Below are positions 24,352 through 36,834 of a DNA stretch of 64,000 nucleotides, piece by piece; position 1 is the first letter of the stretch, and each line of letters starts with the position of its first letter. The stretch is from assembly GCA_030141605.1 (NCBI GenBank), contig JAQGDQ010001004.1, positions 1 through 64,000 of the forward strand. Direction: 5' to 3'. A program made the translations under genes and the position numbers. The notes beneath the pieces were generated by a model. The model worked only from the letters and a program-made list of their open reading frames with translations. It searched no databases and had not been told where the DNA came from. The DNA is from Tubiluchus corallicola (lineage: Eukaryota; Animalia; Priapulida).

Positions 24352-25033
24352 TCTACTATCTATACTCTTATATTAATATTCTTGGTATATATATATATAT
24401 ATAAGATTCGAGGCTACAGCTCCGACGAGGGCACCATTTGCGGCGATCTATACATCAAACGAAAGGTCTCGATCTAGTGTCGTCTCATTGGGGGTTTATT
24501 TTTCGAATCGGGCCCACCGGGAGAAACGGGGGGCGAAAAACCTCCAAAAATGGCCATTTTTCGGCCGTTTTTTGCAAAAGTTATACGGCTGAGATGTGGA
24601 GAACTGGAATGGGCCGAGGGTGGTGCTGGGTACAGATAGATAGCCCGTTCAGCGGTGGGTGTCATAGGCCTATTTAGAGTTCGCGAGAGGGCCACGGTGT
24701 CCCGCAACGGGCGTTTTCCCGGACCCAACTCGCGATTTTTTCGAAATTTTGACCAAACAGCCTGCGGAAAAAACGTTCTAGCGGCGCCTGGTGGGACTTT
24801 CGGAAGGAGATATACGGCTCTTTAGAAAGAGGAAGGACAGGGCTACACGATGATGTAGGCTATATGTTAGGGCAGGTCCATCGAGAGAAGTACCAACGAG
24901 TTAATTAGAGGTTCCATTTTCGGCAATTTTCGCTTAGAAAATTGCTGACGCAAAGGCATTGTTCTGACGTCATCCATTGTACTCTACTCTGCTTATAGCT
25001 TTAATTCAGTAAAAGCTACAGGCTTTGCGTTAG
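24352..25033 (+). mobile_element. Non-autonomous Helitron-like element
   Basis: A|TC start with TCTATACT-like 5' word and (TA)n, GC-rich body sharply distinct from flanks, subterminal hairpins (TAGCTTT..AAAGCTA; AAAGC-tacag-GCTTT) and TTAG|T end (CTAG variant); no TSD seen; related copy at 15325. Confidence 0.45.
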
Positions 25034-25289
25034 TTAAACAAACAGTAGGCACGATGTTAAGGGCTTTGTGTTATAAATGAGGACTAGGTAGGATGTTCGC
25101 GTATTATTGATTACACGTGGTTTTTTACGCAAAATCTTTTGCGGGGCCTTTGTTATTTATTATATTATAGCACATAGTTTCAACTTTGTGAAAAATGTTT
25201 GGAATGGTTTTGTTGTAATGCTGTGTTGTTGGTGCTTGTGCTATAGGTGTCATCATCATTGCCACCATCATCATCATGATCACCACGTG

Positions 25290-26132
25290 AGGTGGTGGAT
25301 TTGATGTGGTGTGGTGGTGGTGTGTTTTGTGTGTTGTGCTATGGATGGTGTGGTGGGGTGATACGGTGTGTGGGGTGTGGTGTGGGTAGTGTGGTATGGA
25401 GTGGGTGGCGTGGTGTGTGGGTGGGTGGGTGTTGTGGTGCAGTGTGGTGTTATGGTGTGGTGCAGTGTGGTGTGATGTGGTGGAGTATTATGGTGTGGGT
25501 GGTGTGGTGTGGTGTTATGGTGTGGTGCAGTGCAGTGTGATGTGGTGGAGTATTATGGTGTGGGTGGTGTGGTGTGGTGTGTGGGTGGTGCAGTGTGGTG
25601 TGGTGCAGTGGTATGGTGTGGTGCAGTGTGGTGTGATGTGGTGGAGTCGTATGGTGTGGTTGGTGTGGTGTGGTATGTGGGTCGTGCGGTGTGCTGCAGT
25701 GGTATGTTGTGGTGCGGTGTGGTGTGATGTGGTGGAGTGGGTGGAGTGGGTGGTGTGGTGTGTGGGTGGGTGGGTGTGTGGTGCAGTGTGGTGCTGTGCG
25801 GTGTGATGTGGTGGAGTATTATGGTGTGGGTGGTGTGGTGTGGTGTGTGGGTGGTGCAGTGGTATGGTGTGGTGGTGTGGTGTGTGTGGTGTGGTGCAGT
25901 GTGGTGTGATGTGGTGGAGTGGTATGGTGTGGGTGGTGTGGTGTGTAGGTGGTATGGTGTGGTGCGGTGTGGTGTGATGTGGTGGAGTGGTATGGTGTGG
26001 GTGGTGTGGTGTATAGGTGGGTGGGTGGTGTAGTGCAGTGTGGTACTATGGTGTGGTGCTGTGCGGTGTGATGTGGTGGAGTGGTATGGTGTGGTGCAGT
26101 GCGGTGTGATGAGGTGGAGTGGTGTGGTGTGG
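25290..26132. repeat. GT-rich satellite built on GTGGT with higher-order units (gtgtgatgtggtggagt...)
   Basis: Directly visible; source of many spurious ORFs. Confidence 0.95.
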
Positions 26133-26169
26133 GTTTTGTGTTGATTTGTGCACAAAATTCTTTTTGTGG

Positions 26170-26420
26170 GGTTTGGCTAGTTCTCAATATTATTTTACTT
26201 AGCATTATTAGTGCCTGTTTGAAAGACACGTAACTGGAAAAGAAAATTCTTAGTAATTTAATATGTTCTCGCTAGCTGGTAAAACGTCACCGTATCAGTA
26301 TCCCACTATGCACAAAAAACATCACTGGCTTACCAAAAATATATTATTAATCTTATTGACAAGATAAAGTACTTCATAGTTTTGCATGTTAGTGAAGAGT
26401 GCGCTACCAATGCTCTGATT
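26170..26420 (+). repeat. Dispersed repeat family (other copies ~28880-29135 +, ~30110-30225 +, ~41040-41320 -, ~49200-49640 -)
   Basis: Shared aaaagaaaattcttagtaattta, aaaacgtcac, ccaaaaatatatt.ttaat.ttattgac; 49420-49620 is the reverse complement; 41040-41320 aligns with 49200-49440. Confidence 0.75.
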
Positions 26421-26435
26421 ATTGATAGCGGTAGT

Positions 26436-26577
26436 GATGGTGGTGGTGGTGGTGGTGGTGGTGGTGGTGTTGGTGTTGGTGTTGGGGTTGGTGTTGGTGC
26501 TGCTGCTGCTGCTGCTGCTACTGCTACTGCTACTGCTACTGCTACTGCTACTGCTACTGCTACTGCTACTGCTACTG

Positions 26578-26652
<75 letters not shown>

Positions 26653-26760
26653 TTACTGCATTTACTGTTGCTAATGTTACTGCTAATGCGGTTACTGTTG
26701 ATGATGATGATTATGATAATGATAATGATGCTGTTGTTGCCGCTATTGTTACTGTTGGGG
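26436..26760. repeat. Compound microsatellite (GGT/GTT/GCT/GCTACT/ACT/GAT)
   Basis: Directly visible. Confidence 0.95.
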
Positions 26761-27689
26761 TTGTAAACACTTGTAACCATAAACAGATAAAAACTGCTTT
26801 TTCTAATGAACAATCAAATAACGACCAGATATAGTAGGCATGCAGAATGGAGAACATAGCTAGTACCGACACAATAACCGAAGGTTCCACAACTTTCACT
26901 CGCGTCTGAGGAAGGGTATCAATGACGTAATGAAGCTCACACTCCGACTTTCCCTCCATCGGAAAGCTAGGAAGTTCTTTAAACTCTTTTACAACAGCAG
27001 CAACTAGAATTGCATTATTAATTATGTGCGATAACTGTTCCTAGAATGTGTTGGCAACATGAAGTGCGTTGCACTTGTCAATGGCAATGGCCATAAGTTA
27101 AGAACTAATAAATCGTTATCATCCACAGAAAAATCCTTATCAATCTTATTCATTTTGCCATTTAGAAACGAGTATGGCCTTAAACAAACTTTAATGTACT
27201 TTTAAATTGTCTCAGACAAAGCAATGGTAATTCCTACAAAGCAGAATGATTGATTATGCGCCAAGATGATGGCACTGAACAAATTTATATATCTTTTAAA
27301 CTCTATCAGCTAGCACCACTATGCATATGTCAATAGAAAAATCAATTTGATATTAACAATTCACATTTCGTTACGGCAAAGTCAGTTTGGAGATACTACC
27401 ACATAAGCTGGCCGACATTTTCTTTCCCAATAAATCCTACAGCGCTGTTTCAGTGAACGAAGAAAATTCTCTCGTAAATCCAATCAAATGGCAACGCTTT
27501 GCTTTTTGCGAACTCAGTGATTTCCCAAATTAGACTTGTAAATGAAGATTTTCCAGACTATGCCAAGTTCATTTACTTTCACACCTGCATAAAGCAATAC
27601 ATGTAGGACGATTATGAGGCATGAAAACATTGAGAATAAACTCCTTGAGAAATTTCCACTCCTTTAGAGCCATAATATCTAGGTATACT

Positions 27690-27860
27690 TTTGAACCTAT
27701 CGCACTGCTTTTATGCGTATGAGATTACATCTAATCGGTTAAGAATTGAAACCGGACGATGGGCGAGAGAGCCAAAAGAAAGTAGATTATGTAGATGTGG
27801 GAGCAGACGGAGAAACATGTTTTATGTTCTTGTCCTTTAACTGGGCATGTAGGAACAAGT
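27690..27860 (+). mobile_element. LINE ORF2 C-terminal zinc-knuckle fragment
   Basis: Frameshifted translation ...SNRLRIETGRWAREPKESRLCRCG.../QTEKHVLCSCPL, the LRIETGR..C.C...EHxxxxC pattern. Confidence 0.75.
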
Positions 27861-28159
27861 TATACTGATGTTGATTTTAGTACTGTTGCATTTTAAGAAC
27901 GCTCTTAAAATGTGTTTTGTTGTTTTCAACACATACTCTTAAAGACGATTCGCTATTTTGTTTGTAGTAAAGACATCAAATTGAATTTGTTTATATATGT
28001 GTATACAAAGATATTGTATTTTTTGCGTAGTTTCTTATTGTATCGTTCTAATCCATTAGAATTTTGTCATCTGGCGGCAGCCACTTGTGTATAATTTCGA
28101 TGTTAGGTTTGATGCCTAATTTTTGTGAAGGTTGAATATATTTGGTCTTTTGACAATAA

Positions 28160-28251
28160 ATTACTACTACTACTACTACTACACTGTACTACTGCTGCTG
28201 CTGCTGCTGCTACTGCTACTGCTACTGCTACTGCTACTGCTACTGCTACTG

Positions 28252-28299
<48 letters not shown>

Positions 28300-28300
28300 G
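28160..28300. repeat. Compound ACT/GCT microsatellite
   Basis: Directly visible. Confidence 0.95.
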
Positions 28301-29334
28301 AAAAAAACACGAACACGTGTAGAATTATTGTTAAAACTACTAATTTCGAAAATTGTCGTAAGCTGTGTAATTTGTGTGAAAAATGACATAATATGAACAT
28401 ATAAATAATGGTTTTATAATGTTTGTCGTAGCTGTGGAGAGTTGCGTAAACACGCTGCCAGCCTATTGATTGGGAATAGTTTTCTAATTAGGGACTCTAG
28501 GGGAAATGGTTTTGCAGCAATTTCAAATACATAACTGTGGGTTTTCGCAGGATGGTCGTTTTATATACGATTAAAATGCCTGCACAGAAATGATATGAAA
28601 TAGATAATGTGATCTACCGCTGTTTCTGGTAGAGGAAAGTTAGTATATTATGCAGTGCAACACCGCCGCTATTATCGTCATCTTCATATTCAGCATTAAC
28701 ATCATTATTGAACGAATTGCCGTGAAAATTATATCCCTTTACCTAGCCTTATATTCGTACAGTCAAATTAGATAGCTCTCCCTAATGTACAACATGAAAA
28801 TCAGTCATTCACATTTATCTGCATATTTCTTCATCAAAGGTAAGGAACATGGAATTTTAAATACTATTCATAGTACGTCTCAAAGAATTTTCTACGCAAA
28901 ATTATTTTACTTAGCAATAGGCTTCCCTGCTATGCAAAACATATGTAGCTGAAAAAGAAAATCCTTAATAATTTAGAATGTTCGCGCCAGCTGTTAAAAC
29001 GTCACTGTTTCACTATCCCAGTGTGCACAAAAATCATCATTAGCTCACCAAAAATATATTGTTAATGTTATTGACGAGATAATGTAATTGGTACTTTTGC
29101 TTAGTTTGCGAAGTGTGCACATTGAATGTTCTGATTATATTTTCGATCTCTATGCTATGTTATCTAAACTTGTTTCAAAAGACGTACCATCAGAATAGCT
29201 GAGCCTAACGATCATCGTGGCAGTTTAAATTTTAAAGTTTTCTATTGCGTTGCTGCTAACACAAGCTCACTGCACAATAAGATACAAAGTAGATGATTCA
29301 AAATTTCGAAACGAATAATTTCTAGCTTTATATC

Positions 29335-29505
29335 TTCATCACCATCATCATCATCATCAACATAATTATCATCATCGCTATCGTCAGGATCATCATTGTC
29401 ATCACCACCACCATCATCACCATCATCATCATCATCAACATAATTATCATCATCGTCATCGTCATGATCATCATTATCATCACCACCAACATCATCACCA
29501 TCATC
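29335..29505. repeat. CAT/CAC microsatellite with an internal block duplication
   Basis: catcaacataattatcatcatcg occurs twice. Confidence 0.9.
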
Positions 29506-31399
29506 GTCTTTTATAAAAAGGGTTTCCTTGTCCTTTAACTTACCTCACAGTTTCAATGATAGGATAAATTGGCGTCAACGTTTTCGCAATTAGTCAATGT
29601 CAGCAAGTTGAAATCAGACTTTGACCTAACGCGGCTTCAGTTAAATGAATACTAAAGTCAAGCTCGGCGTATGTCTCTGACATGATTAGATCAGAGTCGT
29701 CTGATGAATGAATTTCTCATAAGCTTAAACTTATTTATTGCAACTACTGTAATTATCGATTTGTTGTAAGTTCAACTACATTGGTCAATTTTAGCTCCTT
29801 GGCTTGGCAAGTCATCAGATTGTAATGGACAAATACAAAAATGTTTACTCAGTGGATGCGCAGCTTCCAGTACTGTCTAAGAAGCCATTGATGCTATAAC
29901 AACTGATGAATGCTATATGCCCGTAATAAAACAGATCCATTTAGGCTTATGCATGTGTGGCTATTATGTGCTAAGTTTTGTTGATTATTGCGGCACAATC
30001 GATAACTTTCACTTATTGTCACAAGACGCTGTATTAAGTTCATGTTCTACATTAAACACGTGTAGATTTACTATGTGTATTGTACGAAGTGTCATGCTTC
30101 AAGGGGAAGAATTTAAAGCATGTCTCGAAAAACTTTTCATAAAAAAGTTATATTACCTAGCATTATGTTTAGCTGTTCGAAAAACTTATCTAATTGGAAA
30201 AGAAAATTATTAATAATTTAGAGCATTAATGTATTACAATAAACGCACTAGTTATCCATTTAATAAACCAAACATCATTCTTTTGTAATCATTCTTCTAC
30301 AGAATCGTTCAACGGGAATGAACTCCAGGACCTGCACAGCTCATGAGGCGGGCATCTCACAAATATACATTCTATTTTCACGTGACAGCTCTTACCAAAC
30401 CAGCCTGGGGCGAATTCGAGTATTTCAGCCAGTTGAGTTTATTTTTCAGCGATCTGAAAAAAAGGTGGTGCATATTTGACACTTCAACGCAATTAATCAC
30501 GGCGTCCATATAAACAGCTAATAATCCATATATATTAATTGTTTTGTATCTCAGTGTTTGGCTTTTACAGACAGTACGTGTAGGTGAAGTAAGCCAGAAA
30601 ATATCAAATCTATATCATTGCTTTTTCTCCTTGTAAATAATTTAGGGAGGACATGGTAGGGCTGCCACTGCAAAATTATTGATCATTTTTGAAATTTTGG
30701 TATGTAATCGATAGAATAGTAAACATCACTAAACTTTTTAGTGCGCCCTTTTCAGCTAAACTGCTGTGTTACAGACTAGTGGTTTCAATCACAAGACCAC
30801 GTTCAATTTAGAAGTAGAATGACAACATCATTTCGTCAGTAAAAGTCCTAGCTGCTAGTTAATAAGGAAATTAGGACGAGCAGACTGAGAACTAATTAGC
30901 CAAGACCGTATTAAAGTTTTAAGTCGCAGATGGATTTGGAAATCATTCCTCTAATAGTGATGAAGCCGTGGTGTGCATTTCTGATTCCCAACGTGTTGCT
31001 TAGGATTACTCGAAATTGCCTGGAGTACGTTCAATACACACAGCAAATTTTAGACAAGACAACATTGCGTGATGCTATACTATTTAGTTACTACAAGGCA
31101 CGTGCATGACAAAGAAGGAGCAGCAAATACATGAGTACAAGCACCCAATGGCAGTACCTACTTAAAGGAGATTATTGGTACTAGTCAGATATTAAGCCTC
31201 TCAAATGAAACACTGAAGTAGCAGAGGTATCTTAACCACGGTCAGGTGCATTCTCACTCAAGGAAGTAAATATCGGGGTAGTGTAGCAAATAAAACGGCC
31301 CACCACCTGGAAACAGCCATTAAGTCCGCTTTCTTACTTACCGGGCTCTGCATTGTTCAGCTCCGTAATTCCCAAATCCCATTTTTCTGTATATATTAT

Positions 31400-32340
31400 C
31401 AAAACAGATTCGGTTCCCGTTTTGCAGTGTAAAGTGTATGTATACGCAAACCAGATACTATTTAAACGGAGTTCCTATTTTGTTACATATACGCAAACCA
31501 GATTTAGTAGAGACTAGGTTTTTGTTTTGCTGCGTATGCACAACCCAGATTCGGTACAGATTTGGTTCCTGTCTTGCTGTGTACATACAAACGTGATTCT
31601 AAACAGATTTGGGTCCTTTTTTGTTATGTATTCACTCGATTCCTGTTTGCTGTATGTACACAACCAGATTTAGTACAGTTTTGGTTCCTGTTTTGCTGTG
31701 TATCGCAAACCAGATTCAGTACAAACTTTATTTATGTTTTGCTCTGTTTGATCAAACCAAAACCGGTACAGGCTAGGTTCTTGTTTTGCTGTGTGTGCAC
31801 AAAACAGACTCGTATAAATCTGGTTTCTAAAATTCTATTGTGTGTACACAAAACAGACTCGATACAGGACTCGATTCCTGTTTTTGCTGCATATTAACAT
31901 TTAACAAACTAGATTCGATACAGACTTTGTTTCCTATTTTACTGTTTATACACAAATCAGATTCAGTACAATCTTGGTTCCTGTTTTGCTGTGTACATAA
32001 ATCAAATTCGGTACAAACTAGGTTTCTGTTTTACTGCGTTATACACTCACCAGATTCTGTACAGTTTTGTTTGGTTCCTATTTTGCTGCGTAGGCACAGG
32101 CAAGACTCAATGCAGATTCGATTACTGTGAATGCAAAAACCAAATTCGATAGAGTTTGGATTCCTGTTTTATGTGTATGATTAAACCAGATTGCGTACAG
32201 ATTTGGTTTCTATTTTGCTGTGGATACATAAGCCAGACTTGATACAAACTTAATTCTTGTTGCGCAGTGTGCGCACAAACCCGATACAGTACAGACTTGA
32301 ATTTTGTTTTACAGTGTACGTACCAACCAGACTCAAGTGC
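31400..32340. repeat. Degenerate ~47-bp minisatellite (~20 copies)
   Basis: caaaccagat...acagatttggttcctgttttgctgtgt units at 31446, 31493, 31540, 31587, ... Confidence 0.85.
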
Positions 32341-33144
32341 GGCTTTGTTTTAAACAGTAAAGCAAAAAAGTGTGTTTACTTGTACGTCCAATTTATTACC
32401 AGCGTAGCTGATGCAGCTTGCAAACTCGCCTGAATTCACAGTTTGCTTATTTCTTAGCAATAATTAAAATTTGAAAACAGCTCATTCAGTGTTGTCATCC
32501 TTACAATATTTTCAGAGGTGAGAATAAACACTTTGACAACTTGAAATTAGATTTACTATTCACGTTTGAAAACTGATTAGAATTTCCTTTTCCTGCATCA
32601 ATAGTCAGCACGAGCAACGCACAAAGCAACGAACACATTATCCGAGATCACTTGAGTAAGACAGCTGCCCAGCGTTAATTACTGTAAATTTTCCTATAAC
32701 GCTTTACCTTTGAAGCATGACTGAATCTTCCTGTAAAGGGAAGCCGCATCCTGGTGGCCATCATTGCGTGTATTCTTGTTTGCTCTTAATTAAAAATTCG
32801 GCCACCCTTCCGACCGATGCAGTTATTCAATCCAAGGAATTGATTGAAGTCCATGATTACTGTGTGTCAATCACTAGCAAGAGTCATTGAGCGGATACAG
32901 CATATAGTCGCGAGTAATTATTTGATGAGGTCCTCCACCAAAGAGAGCCTCTTCACTGAAAGCAAAGAACGACAATATTGTTCAGATTGGAGCCGCAATT
33001 AGGCTTTTCATCGCGCTGTTTTTATTCACTATCATCGTTTGCTTAATGCAAAAAATTTCAGCAAAGTGTGTTATTGTTGGGGTTATGTGTTGTCGCATAG
33101 AATAACCTTGCAAAAAAACTACGCAGTGTAAGTTTTTTTAGTTT

Positions 33145-33410
33145 TAGTTTAGTTCAGTTCAGTTCAGTTCAGCTCAGCTCAGCTCAGCTCAGCTCAGCTC
33201 AGCTCAGCTCAGCTCAGCTCAGCTCAGCTCAGCTCAGCTCAGCTCAGCTCAGCTCAGCTCAGCTCAGCTCAGCTCAGCTCAGCTCAGCTCAGCTCAGCTC
33301 AGCTCAGCTCAGTTCAGTTCAGCTCAGTTCAGTTCAGTTCAGCTCAGCTCAATTCAGCTCAGTTCAGTTCAGTTCAGTTCAGTTCAGTTCAGTTCAGTTC
33401 AGTTTAGTTG
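33145..33410. repeat. Pentanucleotide (AGTTC/AGCTC)n array
   Basis: Directly visible; abuts the 3' end of a minus-strand LINE fragment. Confidence 0.95.
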
Positions 33411-33960
33411 ACACCCATTAAATACTAAAATAAGATAAATAAAAACATTAAATTATTGTCATTCACTGAATAAAAATAGTCATTAGGGTGCGGAAGAGAC
33501 GCGCAGAGATATACTGCTTAAGTGCGCCTTTGAATGTTATACAACATTACAGAATGTTCTAAATAAAGGAATATTAAACAATGCAATTTGTTTGCATGTG
33601 CCAAACATTATACAAATACTGATTTAAGTCCAAAGTGCTTAAACGTTTCCGGAAAAATTTATTGTACATAGCAGTGACCAAAGGATGTCCGTTTGCATGA
33701 GATGATAGGGAATTCTATATTGACACTACACGGTTTGAGAAGAAATGAGGAAACTAGTTTTGGAAACGCGTTTCACGTATTATCGGTTATTACAAAGCTA
33801 AAAAACATGTCAGAGTCTATATCCACTTCTTTGTATATGATATTATAACAAATGACTGTCGTTTTTAGAGACGTCTTTCTTCAAGAGATTCTAAATCTAG
33901 TAACTTTAGCCTTTCATGGTAAGATACATAATTTAGTACACAAAGTATCAAACCAATCTT
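33411..33960 (-). mobile_element. CR1-group LINE 3' fragment
   Basis: Minus strand reads FFSNRVVSI*NSL (FFSNRVVxxWNSLP motif) near 33705-33745. Confidence 0.7.
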
Positions 33961-35099
33961 TATTAACGCTGACAATTTCATATTCAACAAATGTCGCAAA
34001 TGGAATTAATAATTAACAGACAGTAAAAACCAAAAGAAACAGAAGACATGATTAGTTTTGGAACCAGAATGAGGTGTCACGAGTCAATTTGCATGGACGT
34101 TTTTTCTTGCCCAAAAGTATGATTAAGCACAAATATTACAGGCGAACACCAGTGTTACAATCTCCATCAGCTTCATTCATTCAAGATAATTGCTTATGAT
34201 GGATGCGAATGATTTTAAAGGAAGCTTCGGCAAGATCTGCGAGAATGGAGACGCTCATGCATTATTTATCATGAAGCCGTGGGATTTTTTTGAATTTTGG
34301 CGAGGATAATAAAACGACCAGCGACGAGATAAAACAGCTGAATTGTTAAACAAGATTGCCACAACAAACAAAGAATTAGAAACCGCAGGGATGTAGATGC
34401 TGTACATGATCACTTCATTCCATCAGACGAAGATGAACTGTAGAGCTCTACGCCTTTCGCAAAAACGTTTATTGCGCAAGAAAATACCAAGTAACTCAGA
34501 AAGCACACAGTGGTAACATGGAGTTCCCTAATAATAAGTTTCCTTAGATTCGATCTGAGAAAATTATGAACTGCTTCGGGATTCTGCTATGACTAAAACA
34601 TTGAACATTTAGATACCTAGAAACTAATACGTAATAAACTTAGGTATTGCCCTGGAGAAAGACTTGGTAATTAGTACTGCATGGCGGTTTAAATTTAATA
34701 AGATTGATAATATTATATTTGTTATGATAATATTGCACGTGTGAATTTTAATTCACCTTTACGGGAGGCAAGTGTGCAATGTGTAACTGGAACTTTGACT
34801 CTGCCAATATTTGGCATGAATAATGGGTTATGTGTACGCTATTCAAGTTATGCCAGCACTTACTTAAATTGACTCATCAGCAGACTGAGTATCAATCCAT
34901 TCACACACTTTTCTTCTTCCTTTTTCCACTTTCCTTGATTTTTTTTCTTATCTTTCTTTCACATTTTCCTTTCTTGCCTTCTTTGTTTGCATGTCTGATT
35001 GGGCTTGGCAGGTCGGACGCCTCACTGCTTTTTTACATACTCTTGTACACAGATTCCCCTCCTTGTTTCACATTTCAGGTTTATACAATCTACTATAAC

Positions 35100-36415
35100 C
35101 AGGGCACTTTATTTATGACTTTAGTCATAAATTGCATAAATAGCTTATTTAATACTAATTTCAGATTTTATTTATGACTATTTATGACGTGTCAAATTTT
35201 GACCAAAAATGCCATCCTGAGCTAAAAGAAATACATATTTTTAATCAGAATCTTGTATTTTGCCTTTCTTCGTTCTTCATTACATTAAAATGTAATAAAA
35301 ATGTCTACTTTCATCATTCCAAGGCCTGAAGTTTCTCGTATTGTTTTGCATGCAGGCATCCCTCCAGACTGAAATCCGTGATCGTGTTTATAATAATTAT
35401 AGTATCGGTTTTAATTTGTTTAGGATGACCTATAAAATTACTGCTCATAAAAATCAATCTATTAATTAATTCGTACAGTCACAATTCGTAGCCACAATTA
35501 GTACAAGTAAATAATGTATTTTTTTAAATATCGATTTTAAATTTAATGTTGGAAAATACTATTGGCTATTACATCTTTCTAGGGAACCGTCACGTATGTT
35601 TTCTAATTAAAATTACATTAAGCAAAATAACTAAACAAGAAAAACAGTTAAATTTTAATGACAATGAAGCAACAAATTCTCCCAAAGATAAAATATGCTC
35701 AAATTCTAGCAGACGGCATTATTCTTATTTCTTGAGGATGAGGCAGTAAGGCACGGGAAACGCTTGCGGCAAACTCGAGCTAAAACCTACACCCAAGCCA
35801 TTGACTTACGCCGCTTACGGGTAAGCATCGAAGTTCGGTTCGATTCGAATTCGAAAGTCACAAATTCGGTTCGATTCGAATTCGCTTTCTGGTAGAGAAT
35901 GCTCACCCCTAACGCCGCTAGGATGAGAAAGGCACTGAAATGAACGTGCAAAGAAAAGAATTAGAAGTGTAGATTTCTGTTATTGTGCAGAGCGTAGGTT
36001 TGAGGCGGCAGAACTTTAGGACATTAAAATAGGTAAGCTGTCTTTAATTCAAATTTTCGATGGAACGACAACGATTCTGTCGGTGCCTATTTATTTTTTC
36101 GCGGTAACGCGCTCATTTACTTTTTATTATTTAGGTTGCTTCTAGACGAGTTAATGACAGATAAACGCATCAGTTAGACAGTCTCAGTTACTGTGTTAGT
36201 CCACCAAACAGTCACGCGCAAGCTTCTTATGGACTGCCTGTGTGTGTGGGAGAGAGAGAGAGAGAGAGACGGTGGAAACAGTTTTCTGTACTGAATTTTT
36301 TGTTCCATTCATCGGGAAATGATTATTTTTCTTTCGTTATTTATGACAAATTTGAAATCTTATTTATGACTATTTATGACTATTTTGCAAGAAAAGTCAT
36401 AAATAAAGTGCCCTG
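35100..36415. mobile_element. MITE/non-autonomous DNA transposon, hAT-like, 1316 bp
   Basis: Perfect 23-bp TIR CAGGGCACTTTATTTATGACTTT / AAAGTCATAAATAAAGTGCCCTG; exact 8-bp TSD ACTATAAC (35092-35099, 36416-36423); subterminal TATTTATGAC repeats at both ends; no transposase ORF. Confidence 0.93.
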
Positions 36416-36770
36416 ACTATAACCTTCTTAAACTGCTACAATAGTATTGTCATAAATTGATGCTGTTTGCAATCATCATACTTATTAGCTTGAACTAAAA
36501 ATATAAAAATGATTACTACTATGGATACGCTATTGATGTGAGATAAATAAACAGACATTGAATAGTTCGTTCATTCGTTGATTTTCATACCTGCTGCTTG
36601 TTTGTTTATCGGTTGGTTGTCTTGTTACTTGCTCAAGTAAGGCCCATTACAGACACGCAATTTTAAGCTGCAGCAATTTTACTGGTGTACCAAAACCGTG
36701 CGTAATTTTATATTGCGCAACTGGCACTATGAAGCTTGAATAGGTTGCATGTATTTGTGCATTATTAATT

Positions 36771-36834
36771 CATATAAAAAGTCCTTGGCTGACTCTATAA
36801 CTCATATAAAAAGTCCTTGGCTGACTCTATAACT
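36771..36834. repeat. Exact 32-bp tandem duplication
   Basis: catataaaaagtccttggctgactctataact x2. Confidence 0.95.

Noticed and set aside
25292-26834. Many long ORFs (His/Thr/Pro-, Val/Trp/Cys- and poly-Ser/Leu-rich)
   Set aside because: Artefacts of stop-poor satellite DNA.
31400-32340. 47-bp array as CRISPR or a coding repeat
   Set aside because: No repeat-spacer alternation; unit length is not a multiple of 3 and frames break.
32708-32955. Minus-strand segment with good acceptor and donor sites
   Set aside because: Stops in all three frames and no recognisable homology; cannot be supported as a coding exon.
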